Assembly (NCBI GenBank): GCA_041675145.1
Contig: JBAYUK010000002.1
Location: 280,530 to 344,529 of the forward strand
Source of the DNA: Patescibacteria group bacterium
GTDB taxonomy: Bacteria > Patescibacteriota > JACPGU01
Length of the DNA stretch: 64,000 nt
Reading direction: 5' to 3'
Below the pieces are notes generated by a model. It was not told the origin of the DNA, ran no database searches, and worked only from the letters and a program-made list of their open reading frames with translations. Both the position numbers and the translations under genes were made by a program. Below are positions 1 to 11,499 of the stretch, in pieces; the stretch's first letter is position 1; each line of letters starts with the position of its first letter.

Positions 1-2
1 CT

Positions 3-3000
3 GTTAATGGTAACTGGATCACGGGTGCTAATAATACTTTCGACAATGGTGGTTTCACTATTACTATCAAAGGTAATGTGACAAATAGTGGAACCCATTC
101 TAATCTCACGGGCACGATCCTGCTTACCGGTGGATCGACAACTCATACAGTTGCAGGTACTGGTAGTTACGGTAACATTGAACTTAACGACAGTAACGGT
201 GTGACGCAGTCAGCAGCTTTGACTGCGAGTGGTAGTTTAACAATCACGGCTGGAACTTGGACAGTGGGAGCTAATGTCATGAATGTTACCGGCACTACAT
301 CGGTTTCTGGCACACTTCTTTTTAGTAGTGCTACTGGTACGAAGACACTAGGGGATTTAACTGTTAATGCAGGGGGTGTAGTAAGTTTTGCCACAGCTCC
401 CGCGGTGGTCATGAACGGAAGCTTGACTGTGAATGGTACGGGAGCTATCACGGGCACAAACGGTACCTGGACCTTTCAAAAAGTGGGCGGTGGCGGGACG
501 ATTGGCGGAACGGCGAGTGGATTAAGTTTCGCTAGTACCGTCACTGTTTCTACGAGTTATACCTTGAGTATTCCTGCTTCTTTTCTGACACTTACGGTTA
601 ATACACCAGCTACTTTTACTAACAGCTCTACTGCCACTGTCTCGACTGCATTATCTGGAACTGGTGGATTTACCCAGGGTAATACTGGAGTGCTAAATAT
701 TGGCGGCACTAACACAATAACTACATTAACTGCTTCTGCTACTGGAAATACTATAAACTTTACCAGTACGACTGCCGGTCAAACGATTCAGGGAGTGTCG
801 TACTATAATATAGGTATCACCAAGAGTGCGCAGACTGCGACACTAGGTGGCGCTATTACGGTAAACGGCAACCTTATAGTGACGAGTGGAAATGTGACTG
901 ACGCTGGGTTCCAGATTACTGGTAACGCTAGTGGTACCTTTAGTCTTGGTGCTGGGTCAACACTCACGCTCGGAACAGTAGCGACTGCTACTAGTTTTCC
1001 GACAGCATTTATTACTGCCAACACATCACTTAATGCGACCAGTACCGTTATTTACAATTCAAGCTTAGCTCAGACTATCTCAGGTGTACCTGCATCGTAT
1101 GGTAATCTCACGCTCACTTCAACGCTTGCCGTTGTGAAGACAGCCGATGGGGCGATCGTGGTTAATGGCAACCTCGCTAATAACGCTAATAATAACTTTG
1201 CCAATGGTGGCTTCGATATCACCGTCAAGGGCAATACCACTATGGTAACCTCAAGTAGTATCACCGGTACTGGTATTACGAGGTTCACTGGAGGCTCAGG
1301 ACTACATACTCTCAACGGGATTAGCAACATCAGTAATGTTGAACTTAATGATAGCAATGGTGCGACCGAAGCTGCGGGAGCCGATTTGAACGTTTCCGGA
1401 ACTTTTACTATCACGGCGGGTACCTGGACTGTAGGGGCGAACAACCTAGCGATTACAGGGGCATCTAGTATTTCAGGATCGCTCGCAATCAACAGTGCCA
1501 CTGGTACAAAAACTTTTGACGGCATTACCATTAACACTGGCGGTACTATGGCCTTTACCGCTGCTGAAGCAGTTACTACTAATGGAAGTCTTGCGATTAA
1601 TGGCACTGGAGCTATCACCGGTACGACCGGACTCTGGACCTTCCAAAAAGTTGGTGGTGGTACGATTAGTGGTACAGCAGCCAGCATCAGTCTTGGCTCG
1701 AGTACCTTTAGTACGGACTATACCATCTCAATTCCTTTTACATCACCAACTGTAACAGTAGGTGCTGCTGTGGTGGTAACGAATAACACCACCATGACTG
1801 TCGATACTGCGCTGGCAGGCGCGACTGGTACTTTGGTGCAGGGAGTAGGTACTACACTTAACCTTGGAGGAACTTCTACTATTGGTACGCTAACTGCTAC
1901 TGCTAATCCAAATACGGTCAAGTATACGAGTACTACCGGTGCTCAAACTCTTCACGCCAATGATTACTATCATCTAATTATCGATAAAGCTGGACAAACG
2001 GGAACATCCCCAACAGCAACTTTCGTTGTGAATGGAAACTTGACCGTTCAAGCAGGTATTTTAAATAATGCTGGCGCAGACATGACTGTTGAGGGGACTA
2101 CTAGTATATTTGGATCGTATACTGACTCATCGGCGACTGGAATAAACCACTTTCACGGACCAGTGATAATTCAAACAGGGGCAACCTGGGACTTGAGTGG
2201 AGGTAATGACGCAACTCATTTTCACCAAGGCTTGACCAATAACGGCGCGAGTTTTACATCTGGAACAGGTATATATACTTTTCACGGTGTCAATAATCAG
2301 ACGTTTAGTGGGACAGCTATCTCGGTTTCTAGTTTAACCGTTGATAGTATCACACTAACTAATAACTCTGGCATTACTGTCTTGACCGCTCTTGCTGGAA
2401 CGGGTACATATATCCAAGGAACAGGAGGTTCGTCACTTACATTAGGTGGAACAAACACCGTTACGAACTTTGATGCAAGTGCTGTTAATAATACTGTTAC
2501 CTATAACGGTGCAGCGCAGACAATCGTAGCTGGCACTTACCATCATTTAAACTTAAGTACGAGTGGAATCAAGACATTTGGTGGTGCCCTGACCGTTAAT
2601 GGAGACTTTAGTCTGAATGATACAGCCTCTGTTGCGCTGGGAACTTCGCTCACTCACACCTTTAAAGGTAACTTCACTATAAATACTACAGCTGCTACTC
2701 CGTTTGCTTTTACGACTAGTAGTACCTTGAACTTTGATACTCCAGGAACTCCAGTGGCTACCACTATAGGTGGAACTACACCATCAACCCTAGGCTTTAA
2801 TATTGTGAACTTCAATAACACGAGCGGGGTATCACTAAATGTTCCGATAGATGCCTCTGGTGTAATGATAGTAAGTGCAGGTGTTACACTAACACCAGGA
2901 GCGACAGTTGTGATCAATAGTGCAGGAGCGGCAGGTACTATCACAGGAGCAGGTAATCTTAAGGTAACGCGTACCGCTGCCACAGCTGACTATAGTAGTC

Positions 3001-5345
3001 AGTATAAATTCACTACTAATTCAATCTCAGGTATGGTAGTTGAGTATGCCGGTACGAGTGCTCAGGTACTATCAGCTCTCACCTATGGTGGTCTCAAGAT
3101 TAACAACACTAGTGGCGTAACCACAGCCGGTAATCTTACAGTAAATAGTGTCCTTGAGCTTACTGCCGGTATTGTTACGACCGGAGCAAACACGGTTACG
3201 GTTGGTACAACTGGTTCAGTCTCAAGGACGAGCGGATATATTATTGGAAATCTTGCTAAAAATACTGGTACCGGAACTGTTACTAAGACTTTTGAAGTTG
3301 GTACTGCTACAGCTTATGCACCAGCCACAATTCAGTTTGGTAATGTGACCACTAGCGGTATTTTAACTGCTACCACAACTGATGGTGATCACGCCAGTAT
3401 TACCGGAGCAGGTGTGTTATCAACTAAGAGTGCAAATCGTGTGTGGACAATTACCAACTCTGGTACAGTTTTTGACAACTATAGTGCGACACTTACTTTT
3501 GTCCCAGCTGATCTTGATGCAGGAGTTAATACATCAAGTCTCATTGTTGCTAAAAAAGATGGTTCGGTTTGGACTCGTCCGACAATAGGTACTCGTACAG
3601 CAACCACTACTCAAGCAACTGGAATGACGAGTTTTAGTGATTTCATTGTTGCTGAAGTAGATGCGAATGCCCCTGTCACTACTATTACTGCACCAACAAA
3701 AACAAGTACTGGTGCTGCAATTACAAACACCACAATTCACGTGACAGATAACACTGCAGTACTGGCTGCCAACGTGACGGTTTCTGGTACCTCAACTGCT
3801 GCAAATAATAGTTTTGCTTGTATTCAAACAAATGTCTCAACTGTAGATTGTACAATCAACATCACTTCAACAGGGGATTTAGTAATTTCTGCTACAGATA
3901 ATGCAGCTACCACAAGCTTGCAAGGGGAGACGGGGTATATTATCGACTCAACTCCAGCACCGGTGGTGACAAATGTTACCTCTACTCTCGGTAATACTTC
4001 ATATGGTATAGGTACGCAGGTTCCTGTACTTATAGCTTTTAACAAGGTAGTAGTTGTGACTGGCAGTCCTTTAATTGCTCTTGAAACAGGAGTAGTTGAC
4101 CAGAGTGCTCTCTATTCTTCTGGCTCTGGGACAAGTCAGTTAACATTTATATATACAGTTCAGACCAACGACTCTACTACTGATCTTGACTATATTGCAA
4201 CCTCTTCACTGTCTCTTAATGGCGGTACTATAAAAGATCAGGTAGGAAATAACGCTGTTCTCACTCTCGCAACCCCAGGTGCTGCTGGTTCACTTGCTAA
4301 TAATAAAGATATTGTTATTGTGGCTCCAGGTACAGGTTCTGGTGGTTCAAGTGGCGGAGGGTCATCAGGTGGCAGTACAACTCCAGTTCCAACTCCAACT
4401 CCAACTCCAACGCCTACCCCTGTACCAGTACCAGTTCCTGTTCCAGTGCCAACCCCTACTCCGACTCCAACACCTACACCAGTTCCTACTCCTACTCCAG
4501 CTCCAACGGTACCTGTGACTGATTTAAAAACAGCGTATAACTATGAATTCGTTTCTCAGACACCGTACCTTACACTTAACGTCGGAGAAGTAAAAAGAGT
4601 AGAAGTAACCCTCAAAAATACCGGTACAGAAAGTTGGAAGAAGGATGGTTCAAGCCCTGTTCATTTAGGTACCTCACATAAACAAGATAGAGATAGTCTT
4701 TTTACTAATGCCACCTGGTTATCTAAAAATCGTATTGGAATGCTGGAATCAGAAGTGCGACCAGGGGAGACTGCTACCTTTAGCTTCGATGTTACAGGTG
4801 CTACAAAAGAGGGGATATATAAAGAATACTTCCAGCCAGTAGTTGAGGGTCTTTTATGGATGAGGGATATTGGTGTGTATTGGGAGTTCAAGGTAGGTAC
4901 GAGTACAGAGATTATTGCTTCTGATGTTTCTCAAGAAGCACCGGCGCCAGCCCAGTTTAACCCTAACCAGTATCAATATGCGTTTATCGGAACAGATGCT
5001 AATCCTGTCGTTATCGCCCCTGGGCAAACAAAGACTATTAATCTTCAGATTCGCAACATAGGTTCTGCGACATGGTACAATACTGGCGCTAACCCTATCA
5101 GGCTTGGTGCGAATCAACCCTTTGACCGTTCTAGTATATTCTTTACTCCTGGATCATGGGTTTCTTCTAACCGTCCAGCAAACATGAAAGAGGCTGTTGT
5201 GAAGCCGGGAGAAGTGGCGACCTTTAGTTTTGAAATCACCGCTCCTACTGTAGGCGGGACACATCAAGAGTCATTTAACCCTGTTGTAGAGGGGTTAACG
5301 TGGATGCCATATATTGGAATTTTTTGGACTATTTATGTGAGATAG
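3..5345 (+). CDS. Giant Thr/Gly-rich surface protein (beta-helix-like repeats, Ig-like domain, Pro/Thr linker, two C-terminal NBR1-like Ig domains); 5' truncated by the window edge
   Basis: Frame is open from base 3, upstream of the ORF-track start at 78. Internal repeats ([22 protein letters not shown] occurs twice), a PTPTP linker and two KNxG..W..V.PGE.ATFSF..F.PVVEGL.WM domains. Confidence 0.85.
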   Translation, partial: VNGNWITGANNTFDNGGFTITIKGNVTNSGTHSNLTGTILLTGGSTTHTVAGTGSYGNIELNDSNGVTQSAALTASGSLTITAGTWTVGANVMNVTGTTSVSGTLLFSSATGTKTLGDLTVNAGGVVSFATAPAVVMNGSLTVNGTGAITGTNGTWTFQKVGGGGTIGGTASGLSFASTVTVSTSYTLSIPASFLTLTVNTPATFTNSSTATVSTALSGTGGFTQGNTGVLNIGGTNTITTLTASATGNTINFTSTTAGQTIQGVSYYNIGITKSAQTATLGGAITVNGNLIVTSGNVTDAGFQITGNASGTFSLGAGSTLTLGTVATATSFPTAFITANTSLNATSTVIYNSSLAQTISGVPASYGNLTLTSTLAVVKTADGAIVVNGNLANNANNNFANGGFDITVKGNTTMVTSSSITGTGITRFTGGSGLHTLNGISNISNVELNDSNGATEAAGADLNVSGTFTITAGTWTVGANNLAITGASSISGSLAINSATGTKTFDGITINTGGTMAFTAAEAVTTNGSLAINGTGAITGTTGLWTFQKVGGGTISGTAASISLGSSTFSTDYTISIPFTSPTVTVGAAVVVTNNTTMTVDTALAGATGTLVQGVGTTLNLGGTSTIGTLTATANPNTVKYTSTTGAQTLHANDYYHLIIDKAGQTGTSPTATFVVNGNLTVQAGILNNAGADMTVEGTTSIFGSYTDSSATGINHFHGPVIIQTGATWDLSGGNDATHFHQGLTNNGASFTSGTGIYTFHGVNNQTFSGTAISVSSLTVDSITLTNNSGITVLTALAGTGTYIQGTGGSSLTLGGTNTVTNFDASAVNNTVTYNGAAQTIVAGTYHHLNLSTSGIKTFGGALTVNGDFSLNDTASVALGTSLTHTFKGNFTINTTAATPFAFTTSSTLNFDTPGTPVATTIGGTTPSTLGFNIVNFNNTSGVSLNVPIDASGVMIVSAGVTLTPGATVVINSAGAAGTITGAGNLKVTRTAATADYSSQYKFTTNSISGMVVEYAGTSAQVLSALTYGGLKINNTSGVTTAGNLTVNSVLELTAGIVTTGANTVTVGTTGSVSRTSGYIIGNLAKNTGTGTVTKTFEVGTATAYAPATIQFGNVTTSGILTATTTDGDHASITGAGVLSTKSANRVWTITNSGTVFDNYSATLTFVPADLDAGVNTSSLIVAKKDGSVWTRPTIGTRTATTTQATGMTSFSDFIVAEVDANAPVTTITAPTKTSTGAAITNTTIHVTDNTAVLAANVTVSGTSTAANNSFACIQTNVSTVDCTINITSTGDLVISATDNAATTSLQGETGYIIDSTPAPVVTNVTSTLGNTSYGIGTQVPVLIAFNKVVVVTGSPLIALETGVVDQSALYSSGSGTSQLTFIYTVQTNDSTTDLDYIATSSLSLNGGTIKDQVGNNAVLTLATPGAAGSLANNKDIVIVAPGTGSGGSSGGGSSGGSTTPVPTPTPTPTPTPVPVPVPVPVPTPTPTPTPTPVPTPTPAPTVPVTDLKTAYNYEFVSQTPYLTLNVGEVKRVEVTLKNTGTESWKKDGSSPVHLGTSHKQDRDSLFTNATWLSKNRIGMLESEVRPGETATFSFDVTGATKEGIYKEYFQPVVEGLLWMRDIGVYWEFKVGTSTEIIASDVSQEAPAPAQFNPNQYQYAFIGTDANPVVIAPGQTKTINLQIRNIGSATWYNTGANPIRLGANQPFDRSSIFFTPGSWVSSNRPANMKEAVVKPGEVATFSFEITAPTVGGTHQESFNPVVEGLTWMPYIGIFWTIYVR
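4380..4506 (+). repeat. Low-complexity Pro-Thr/Pro-Val coding linker
   Basis: Degenerate ccaact/ccagtt/cctact hexamers encoding [11 protein letters not shown]. Confidence 0.9.
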
Positions 5346-5387
5346 GTGTGGGGGATAGAGTTTTTCCACAATTCAACTAGTTCAAAT

Positions 5388-5417
5388 AAAAAAGTAGCTC
5401 AAAGGAGCTACTTTTTT
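5388..5417. terminator. Intrinsic terminator (bidirectional form) after the giant surface protein gene
   Basis: aaaaaagtagctc-aaag-gagctactttttt perfect stem with A and T tails. Confidence 0.85.
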
Positions 5418-5470
5418 ATTTATATAATCTTATTGCAAGTCAATCCTAAAAAGCCTAGAATAAAGGAACT

Positions 5471-5505
5471 AGTGGAGAAAAGTGGATATAAGTGGGAACT
5501 AGTGG
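5471..5505 (+). promoter_or_regulatory. MraZ operator: four AGTGG boxes at exact 10-bp spacing next to the mraZ promoter
   Basis: AGTGG at 5471, 5481, 5491 and 5501, followed by TATATT (-10) at 5506; matches the known GTGG-N6 MraZ repeat arrays. Confidence 0.85.
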
Positions 5506-5517
5506 TATATTGTACAT

Positions 5518-5949
5518 ATGTTTATAGGAGAATACGCGTACACAATCGACGAGAAGGGACGGGCAACATTGCCTCCTAAATATCGCAATCTTCTTGCTGA
5601 AGGGGTTGTTGTAACTCGCGGACTCGATAACTGTTTGTTCTTATATACCAAAAAGGACTGGGAAGAGATAGCGGGTAAGCTCGGTGCAATGCCTACAACA
5701 GATAAGGCAGCTCGAGATTACGCACGTCTAATGCTCGCAGGAGCTATGGACGCACAGCCAGATAAGTTAGGGCGAATCGTTTTACCACAATATTTGCGGG
5801 ATTTTGCAGGCTTGAAAAAAGATATCGTTGTCGCAGGCTTGTACAATCGTATGGAGATCTGGGAGGCAGGGGAATGGAAGAAGTATGAAGCCCAGATAGA
5901 GAAGAATTCTGCAGATATTGCGGAGAAACTTACCTCACTCGGGGTATAG
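5518..5949 (+). CDS. mraZ: Division/cell wall cluster transcriptional repressor MraZ
   Basis: MFIGEY..IDEKGR..LP and DKLGRIVLP repeats, EIW; first gene of the dcw cluster. Confidence 0.97.
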   Translation: MFIGEYAYTIDEKGRATLPPKYRNLLAEGVVVTRGLDNCLFLYTKKDWEEIAGKLGAMPTTDKAARDYARLMLAGAMDAQPDKLGRIVLPQYLRDFAGLKKDIVVAGLYNRMEIWEAGEWKKYEAQIEKNSADIAEKLTSLGV

Positions 5950-5989
5950 CCGCAGGCGAGTAAGCTGGAGGGCTAAAAGGTTGGTCTTT

Positions 5990-6092
5990 AAAAGTCCGGA
6001 GTGCAAGGATTGCCCGCAAGGGTACACACAAACAGTATCTTTTTGGATACACAAAAAAATCTCACACAAACACTCTTGGACTCCGGGCTTTT
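5990..6092 (+). other. Structured intergenic RNA element between mraZ and rsmH
   Basis: 13-bp closing stem aaaagtccggagt/actccgggctttt, a GCAA-tetraloop hairpin, a gtatc/gatac hairpin and CACACAAACA twice. Confidence 0.5.
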
Positions 6093-6113
6093 GCAATTTA
6101 ATGTTTTATTCCT

Positions 6114-7001
6114 ATGCCAGAATCGCATCATATTCCAGTACTGCTTGATGAAGTCATCACAGGGCTTCAAATTAAGCCAGATGGGGTATATGTCGATGGG
6201 ACATTCGGATACGGCGGGCACAGTTTTGCCATTGCAAGTCGCCTCAAAAAAGGCAAAGTAATAGGTTTTGAAGTAGATAAAAATGTTTATGAACACACAA
6301 AGCATTCATCTAAACTTGGTAAAAATGTATTTCTATACAATCGTCACTTTGTCGATGCTTTTGAGTCTTTTCTACCATATAGCATCGATCAAGTGGATGG
6401 CATTTTATTCGACTTGGGGACGAATGTTGTACAAATAAAAGAAAGTGGCAGGGGATTCTCTTTTGTAGGGGACGAGCCACTGGACATGAGGCTTGATCTT
6501 AGTCAAAGAACAACTGCCGCAGATATTGTCAATTCGTATACCAGATCGCAGCTTGAAGAAATACTACAGAAAGTAGACGAGTCATTTTACAAACAGATTG
6601 CGAAATCAATTGTTGAGACTCGTGCAAAGAAAAAAATCCTAACGAGTCAGCAGTTAGTAGAAGTAGTAGAGAGAGTGAAGTTTCGTCGTGGTAAGATCCA
6701 CCCTGCTACACTCACCTTTATGGCACTGCGTATTGAAACGAATGATGAGTTAGGGGTAATAGAAAAAGTACTACCACTTGCATTTGAAAGGCTAAAGCCA
6801 GGCGGTAGACTCGCAGTCATCTCATTTCACTCAGGAGAGGATACGATCGTAAAACATTTTTTTAAAGAAAAGAAACAAGAGCGTGAAGCGATACTGATCA
6901 ACAAAAAGGTGATCATCGCAACCAGAGAAGAAGAGAGAAGGAACCCACCCTCTCGCAGTGCAAAGCTTAGAATATTAGAAAAGACAGACACATCAATATA
7001 A
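6114..7001 (+). CDS. rsmH: 16S rRNA m4C1402 methyltransferase RsmH
   Basis: HIPVLLDEV, DGTFGYGGHS, RGFSF..PLDMRL, HPAT..FMALRI..NDEL, ISFHSGED, SRSAKLR. Confidence 0.97.
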   Translation: MPESHHIPVLLDEVITGLQIKPDGVYVDGTFGYGGHSFAIASRLKKGKVIGFEVDKNVYEHTKHSSKLGKNVFLYNRHFVDAFESFLPYSIDQVDGILFDLGTNVVQIKESGRGFSFVGDEPLDMRLDLSQRTTAADIVNSYTRSQLEEILQKVDESFYKQIAKSIVETRAKKKILTSQQLVEVVERVKFRRGKIHPATLTFMALRIETNDELGVIEKVLPLAFERLKPGGRLAVISFHSGEDTIVKHFFKEKKQEREAILINKKVIIATREEERRNPPSRSAKLRILEKTDTSI

Positions 7002-7017
7002 AGGAGATTAGCGCCGT

Positions 7018-7386
7018 ATGAAATTCACACTTCAAAACACAAATCGCCGTAAATCGGCAGTTCGCACTCAGCAGCAGTCTTTATATAAGAGAAAAGGTTT
7101 GCAGTTTGGTCCTGTATCGCTTGGGTTCATTACGGTGTTTTTGTTTTCTCTTGTGAGCTTGTTCTACCTTGCACAGTCAAACCAGATAACTACTAAGGGA
7201 TATGTCTTACAAGACTTAGACCGTGAGAAGTCAAAGGTGGTTTCAGAGAACGAAAGACTTCAAGTTGAAGCGGCTCGTCTTGAGTCACTAACCAAGGTGA
7301 GTGAGAAAGCAGGGGAGCTCTCTATGACCCCTACTAAGACACTTCAGTACTTTGAAGATCACAACTCAGCTCTCGTTAAGAAATAG
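7018..7386 (+). CDS. ftsL: FtsL-like cell division protein
   Basis: Single TM plus coiled coil, positioned between rsmH and ftsI. Confidence 0.65.
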   Translation: MKFTLQNTNRRKSAVRTQQQSLYKRKGLQFGPVSLGFITVFLFSLVSLFYLAQSNQITTKGYVLQDLDREKSKVVSENERLQVEAARLESLTKVSEKAGELSMTPTKTLQYFEDHNSALVKK

Positions 7387-7457
7387 GTGGAAAAACTCGC
7401 AAATATGTGCTTAAAACACAGGTTCTCGTGCCCTGTGTTTTTTAGTATAATACCTCT

Positions 7458-9236
7458 ATGTATATAGCTCCCAGGATAGAAGAGCATGGCGCACTGAAAT
7501 TCAGGATCACAATGGTCCTCGTCTTTTTTATTGTCCTTTTCTTGGTTGTGGTGGTACGACTTTTTGAAAAACAGGTAGTACAACATGAGTATTACAGTAC
7601 TATGGCGTATAACCAGCGCTATCGTGAGGAGAGACTGAAGCCAGTTCGAGGTGAGATCTTCGTTTCTGATGTGTATAGCGACACGAAGTATCCGTTGGTT
7701 GCCAACAAGACTCTTTGGGCTGTGATGATTATTCCAAACCAGATTATAGATAACGAGGAGCTCGCACGAGGACTCGGACCAATTATTGGGATGGAGCCAG
7801 TGGAAATCTTGCAAAAACTTGAAAACGATCCTGTATATATTCCGCCGTTAAAGCATAAGCTCTCTGATGACCAGAGAAAGGCAATTGAAGCGCTCCACAT
7901 GCACGGTATCGTGTTAATACCTGAAGCGCACCGTTACTATCCAGAGGGTACAATGGGGGCAAAATTCCTGGGATTTGTAGATAACGACGGAGAGGGAAGA
8001 TATGGTATAGAAGGGTACCTGAATGAAGAGCTGAAAGGAGAGCAAGGTAAGCTTATTGCAGAAAGAGATGTATTAGGGCGCCAGATAACCGTTGTAGATA
8101 ACAAACTCGTATTACCTAAGAACGGACAGGATATAGTCTTAACAGTTGATCGTGTGATCCAGTTTATATCTGAGAACGCCATTAAAAAGGCAGTGGAACT
8201 GCATAAAGCTGACAGTGGCTCGGTGGTGGTTATGGACCCGAAAACGGGTGGGATTCTCGCTCTTGCTGAGTTTCCAAGCTTTAATCCTGAAGAATACGAC
8301 AAAGTAGAAGAAAAAGACTACAGTATCTTTAAGTGTATGGCAGTTACCGATGCCTACGAGTCAGGATCTATTTTTAAGCCAATAGCGATGGGAATGGGGC
8401 TAGATACGGGAGAAGTTACCCCTGATACTGGTGAATATTTTGATGCGAATGTAAAGGTAGATGACTACACGATCTGGAACTCTCAGAGAAAGCCATATGG
8501 GTACGAGACTATGACCCAGGTTTTGGAGAACTCAGATAACGTGGGAATGGTGTGGATGATAAAAAAGGTTGGTAAGAACCGTCTCTACGACTATTTAGAC
8601 AAGTTTAAGTTCGGTCAACCTACAGGAATAGAGATAGAAGGTGAGTCTATAGGGTCTGTTCAGGACAAGGACTATGTGCCAGAGGTGGGTATAGCGACCA
8701 CATCATTTGGTCAGGGTATCTCTGTAACTGAGATGCAAATGTTGCAGGCTATGGGGGCTATTGCGAATAACGGCCTTATGGTTCAGCCTCACTTGGTGAA
8801 GCAATACATTAATCGCGACGGGTCAGTCAAAGATGTAGAACCGAATATTGTCGGAAGAGCTTTCTCGGATAAGACTTCAAAAGAACTACAAGAGATGTTG
8901 GTGAGCGTAGTAGAAAGAGGTCACGGAAAGATGGCAAAAGTTAAAGGGTACAAGATAGGTGGCAAGACAGGAACTGCCCAGATTCCATTACAAGATCGAC
9001 GTGGTTACGAGACAGATAAATTTACCGGTTCGTTCCTTGGTCTTGGACCAACTGATGATCCGTTATTTGTGATGATCACGCGTATTAACGTGCCACGCGA
9101 TGTAATCTGGGCTGAGACTGTTGCTGCTCCTACTTTTGGCGAGATTGCCAAAGGAATACTCGATTACTATCAGGTTCCTCCAGATAAGGAGTGGGCAAAA
9201 GAGCAGACTGATCGTGAAAAAGGTAAGATAAAATAA
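7458..9236 (+). CDS. ftsI: Class B penicillin-binding protein (FtsI/PBP2 family)
   Basis: N-terminal TM, RG.I, RYYPEG, GIEG, SIFK (SxxK), SDN (SxN), KTGTAQ. Confidence 0.93.
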   Translation: MYIAPRIEEHGALKFRITMVLVFFIVLFLVVVVRLFEKQVVQHEYYSTMAYNQRYREERLKPVRGEIFVSDVYSDTKYPLVANKTLWAVMIIPNQIIDNEELARGLGPIIGMEPVEILQKLENDPVYIPPLKHKLSDDQRKAIEALHMHGIVLIPEAHRYYPEGTMGAKFLGFVDNDGEGRYGIEGYLNEELKGEQGKLIAERDVLGRQITVVDNKLVLPKNGQDIVLTVDRVIQFISENAIKKAVELHKADSGSVVVMDPKTGGILALAEFPSFNPEEYDKVEEKDYSIFKCMAVTDAYESGSIFKPIAMGMGLDTGEVTPDTGEYFDANVKVDDYTIWNSQRKPYGYETMTQVLENSDNVGMVWMIKKVGKNRLYDYLDKFKFGQPTGIEIEGESIGSVQDKDYVPEVGIATTSFGQGISVTEMQMLQAMGAIANNGLMVQPHLVKQYINRDGSVKDVEPNIVGRAFSDKTSKELQEMLVSVVERGHGKMAKVKGYKIGGKTGTAQIPLQDRRGYETDKFTGSFLGLGPTDDPLFVMITRINVPRDVIWAETVAAPTFGEIAKGILDYYQVPPDKEWAKEQTDREKGKIK

Positions 9237-9240
9237 TTGC

Positions 9241-10464
9241 ATGAAAAAGCACATAAAGAAAGGTATCAAACAAGCTATTTGGTTTTTTGCACTTACGAGG
9301 ATAAAAAGAAATAACCCTCTGATTATTGGCGTTGGAGGAAGTGTGGGTAAGACTACCACGAAGGATGCTATCTATGAAGTAGTGAGAGTTTATGATTCAT
9401 CTGCAATAAAGAGTGAAAAGAGCTACAACACAGACATAGGTGTTCCGTTGGCGATACTTCAGTTAAAAACATCGGTTTCGATCTTGGTCTGGGCTTATCG
9501 GATTACTGTCCTATTCTTTCAGCGCATACTAGGACTAGAATCTCGTTTTTCTAGTATTGTCCTTGAAATGGGTATTGATAAACTTGGAGACTTAGATTTT
9601 CTCACTTCTCGCGTTAAACCCAAGATAGCAGTGCTGACTAAGATTGGTCCAGAGCATCTCGAGTTTCTGGGGTCTATGAAAAATGTTATTTCAGAAGAGA
9701 CGAAACTTATCTCATGTCTTGATAAACACGATACTGCAATTCTCAATGCAGACGATACACTTATCGTTCAGATGGCCAAGAAGACCAAGGCACACGTTGT
9801 CTGGTATGGCCAAGCAAAGAACTCTGATGTTAGGGCGGACAGTATTGAAGTAAGACGTGATGGTATCCATTTTATTATCAGGTATGCGGGGCAAGTAGTA
9901 CCGGTGAGCGTACCTTCTTTTGGTCGTCATCATATCTATCCAGTATTGGCGGCTTTCTCAGTGGGTGCGTCACTTGGGATGAAGATAAATGATATCGTAA
10001 AGGGCCTTAAAGCATTCCATTTGCCAGAAGGAAGAGGGGTGGTGTTACAGGGATCTCATGATACAATTATTATAGATGACACTTATAACGCTAGTCCTGC
10101 TAGTGTGGTTGCGTCTATTTCGGCACTACAGGATGTAAAGATACTCTCTCCGTATGGTAGAAGCATAGTTGTTATCGGTGATATGCTAGAGCTTGGACGT
10201 TATTCGACCCAGATGCACCAGGAAGTAGGTGAGGAGATAGTAAAGAGAGCAGATGTAGTTATCGCGGTTGGAAATGAGTCAAAGCACATTTATGAGATAA
10301 CTAAGAAGAAGCTAAAGAGTAACGCCTTTTGGTTTGAAGATTCTACTCAGGCAGCGCAAGTTATTGGATCGATTATACAGAAGAACGATATTATCTTAGT
10401 TAAAGGATCTCGGGGGATGAAGATGGAAAGAGTAGTTGAGTCGCTTTCGGTTAGTAGTAATTAA
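9241..10464 (+). CDS. murF: UDP-MurNAc-tripeptide:D-Ala-D-Ala ligase MurF
   Basis: GSVGKTTTK, SYNTDIGVP, DDTYNASP, GDMLELG, LVKGSRGMKME. Confidence 0.92.
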   Translation: MKKHIKKGIKQAIWFFALTRIKRNNPLIIGVGGSVGKTTTKDAIYEVVRVYDSSAIKSEKSYNTDIGVPLAILQLKTSVSILVWAYRITVLFFQRILGLESRFSSIVLEMGIDKLGDLDFLTSRVKPKIAVLTKIGPEHLEFLGSMKNVISEETKLISCLDKHDTAILNADDTLIVQMAKKTKAHVVWYGQAKNSDVRADSIEVRRDGIHFIIRYAGQVVPVSVPSFGRHHIYPVLAAFSVGASLGMKINDIVKGLKAFHLPEGRGVVLQGSHDTIIIDDTYNASPASVVASISALQDVKILSPYGRSIVVIGDMLELGRYSTQMHQEVGEEIVKRADVVIAVGNESKHIYEITKKKLKSNAFWFEDSTQAAQVIGSIIQKNDIILVKGSRGMKMERVVESLSVSSN

Positions 10465-10475
10465 CGAGGTATATC

Positions 10476-11489
10476 ATGGAGAATATTACACCAATTGTAG
10501 ATGTATTTGTTTTTACCTTTATGGCATTTGTTGTGTCTATGATTTGGACGCCTTTTCTAACGAATCTTTTATATAAATTTAAGATAGCAAAACAAATTGC
10601 TGAGAAATCGTGGGATGGTGCTGAAGTACCAGTTTTTCAAAAGTTCCATGGTCACAAAGCAGGAACTCCAACTATGGGAGGTTTGATAGTAGTAGTTACT
10701 ACTTTTATTTTGACGTTACTCTTTAACCTTGATCGTAACCAGACCTGGCTACCTCTTTTTGTTTTAGTAGCTACCGGTATCCTCGGTGCATTTGATGATA
10801 TTTCAAATATTCGTGGCAAGGGATCAATTAAGGGTATGGGTATTCGTTCAAAGATGCTGTGGCAACTAGTTATCACTGCACTAGGTGCATGGTGGTTTTA
10901 TAGTAAATTAGGATTTGATTCTATTCACTTTCCAGGAGTAGGTGATTTTCACCTAGGCTTTTGGTATGTGCCATTCTTTATATTCTTTGTAGTTGGCTTT
11001 ATGAATTGTGTAGATATAACTGATGGCCTCGATGGCCTCTCTGGTGGGACTCTCTCAATTGCCTTTGCTGCCTTTGGGGTTATTGCGTACTCGCAAGGGA
11101 ACATACTGCTTGCTATTTTCTGTGCCACTATTATTGGGTCTCTGATTACCTTCTTGTGGTTTAATATCCATCCGGCACGGTTTTTTATGGGGGGAACCGG
11201 AGCCTACGCATTAGGGGCAACTCTGGCTGTTATCGCGTTTCTTACTAATTCGGTTGTGGCGCTATGTATTATCGGGGCACTCTTTATTCTTGAAGGTTCT
11301 TCTTCGCTTATCCAACGGTTTAGTAGGAAGTTTTTTAAGAAGAAAGTATTCATCTCTGCTCCATTTCACCATCACCTCCAGGCTCTCGGTTGGCCGGAAA
11401 CAAAAATCGTAATGCGTGCATGGTTGCTTGCTGCAGTTTTGGCTATTATCGGTATGGCGATTGGTATTATTGGTATGGGAGTTCACTAA
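10476..11489 (+). CDS. mraY: Phospho-MurNAc-pentapeptide transferase MraY
   Basis: KAGTPTMGG, TDGLDGL, FNIHPARFFMG, APFHHH, GWPE.KIV. Confidence 0.96.
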   Translation: MENITPIVDVFVFTFMAFVVSMIWTPFLTNLLYKFKIAKQIAEKSWDGAEVPVFQKFHGHKAGTPTMGGLIVVVTTFILTLLFNLDRNQTWLPLFVLVATGILGAFDDISNIRGKGSIKGMGIRSKMLWQLVITALGAWWFYSKLGFDSIHFPGVGDFHLGFWYVPFFIFFVVGFMNCVDITDGLDGLSGGTLSIAFAAFGVIAYSQGNILLAIFCATIIGSLITFLWFNIHPARFFMGGTGAYALGATLAVIAFLTNSVVALCIIGALFILEGSSSLIQRFSRKFFKKKVFISAPFHHHLQALGWPETKIVMRAWLLAAVLAIIGMAIGIIGMGVH

Positions 11490-11499
11490 ACAAACATCA

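Noticed and set aside
4380-4506. Tandem short repeats as a possible CRISPR array or VNTR element
   Set aside because: In-frame degenerate codons for a Pro/Thr linker; no constant repeat with unique spacers
167-5117. Many antisense and alternate-frame ORFs of 60-200 aa, here and across the window
   Set aside because: Shadows of real genes caused by codon bias; no motifs or independent expression signals
5362-5370. DnaA box TTTTCCACA upstream of mraZ
   Set aside because: A single match, not enough to call an origin or regulation
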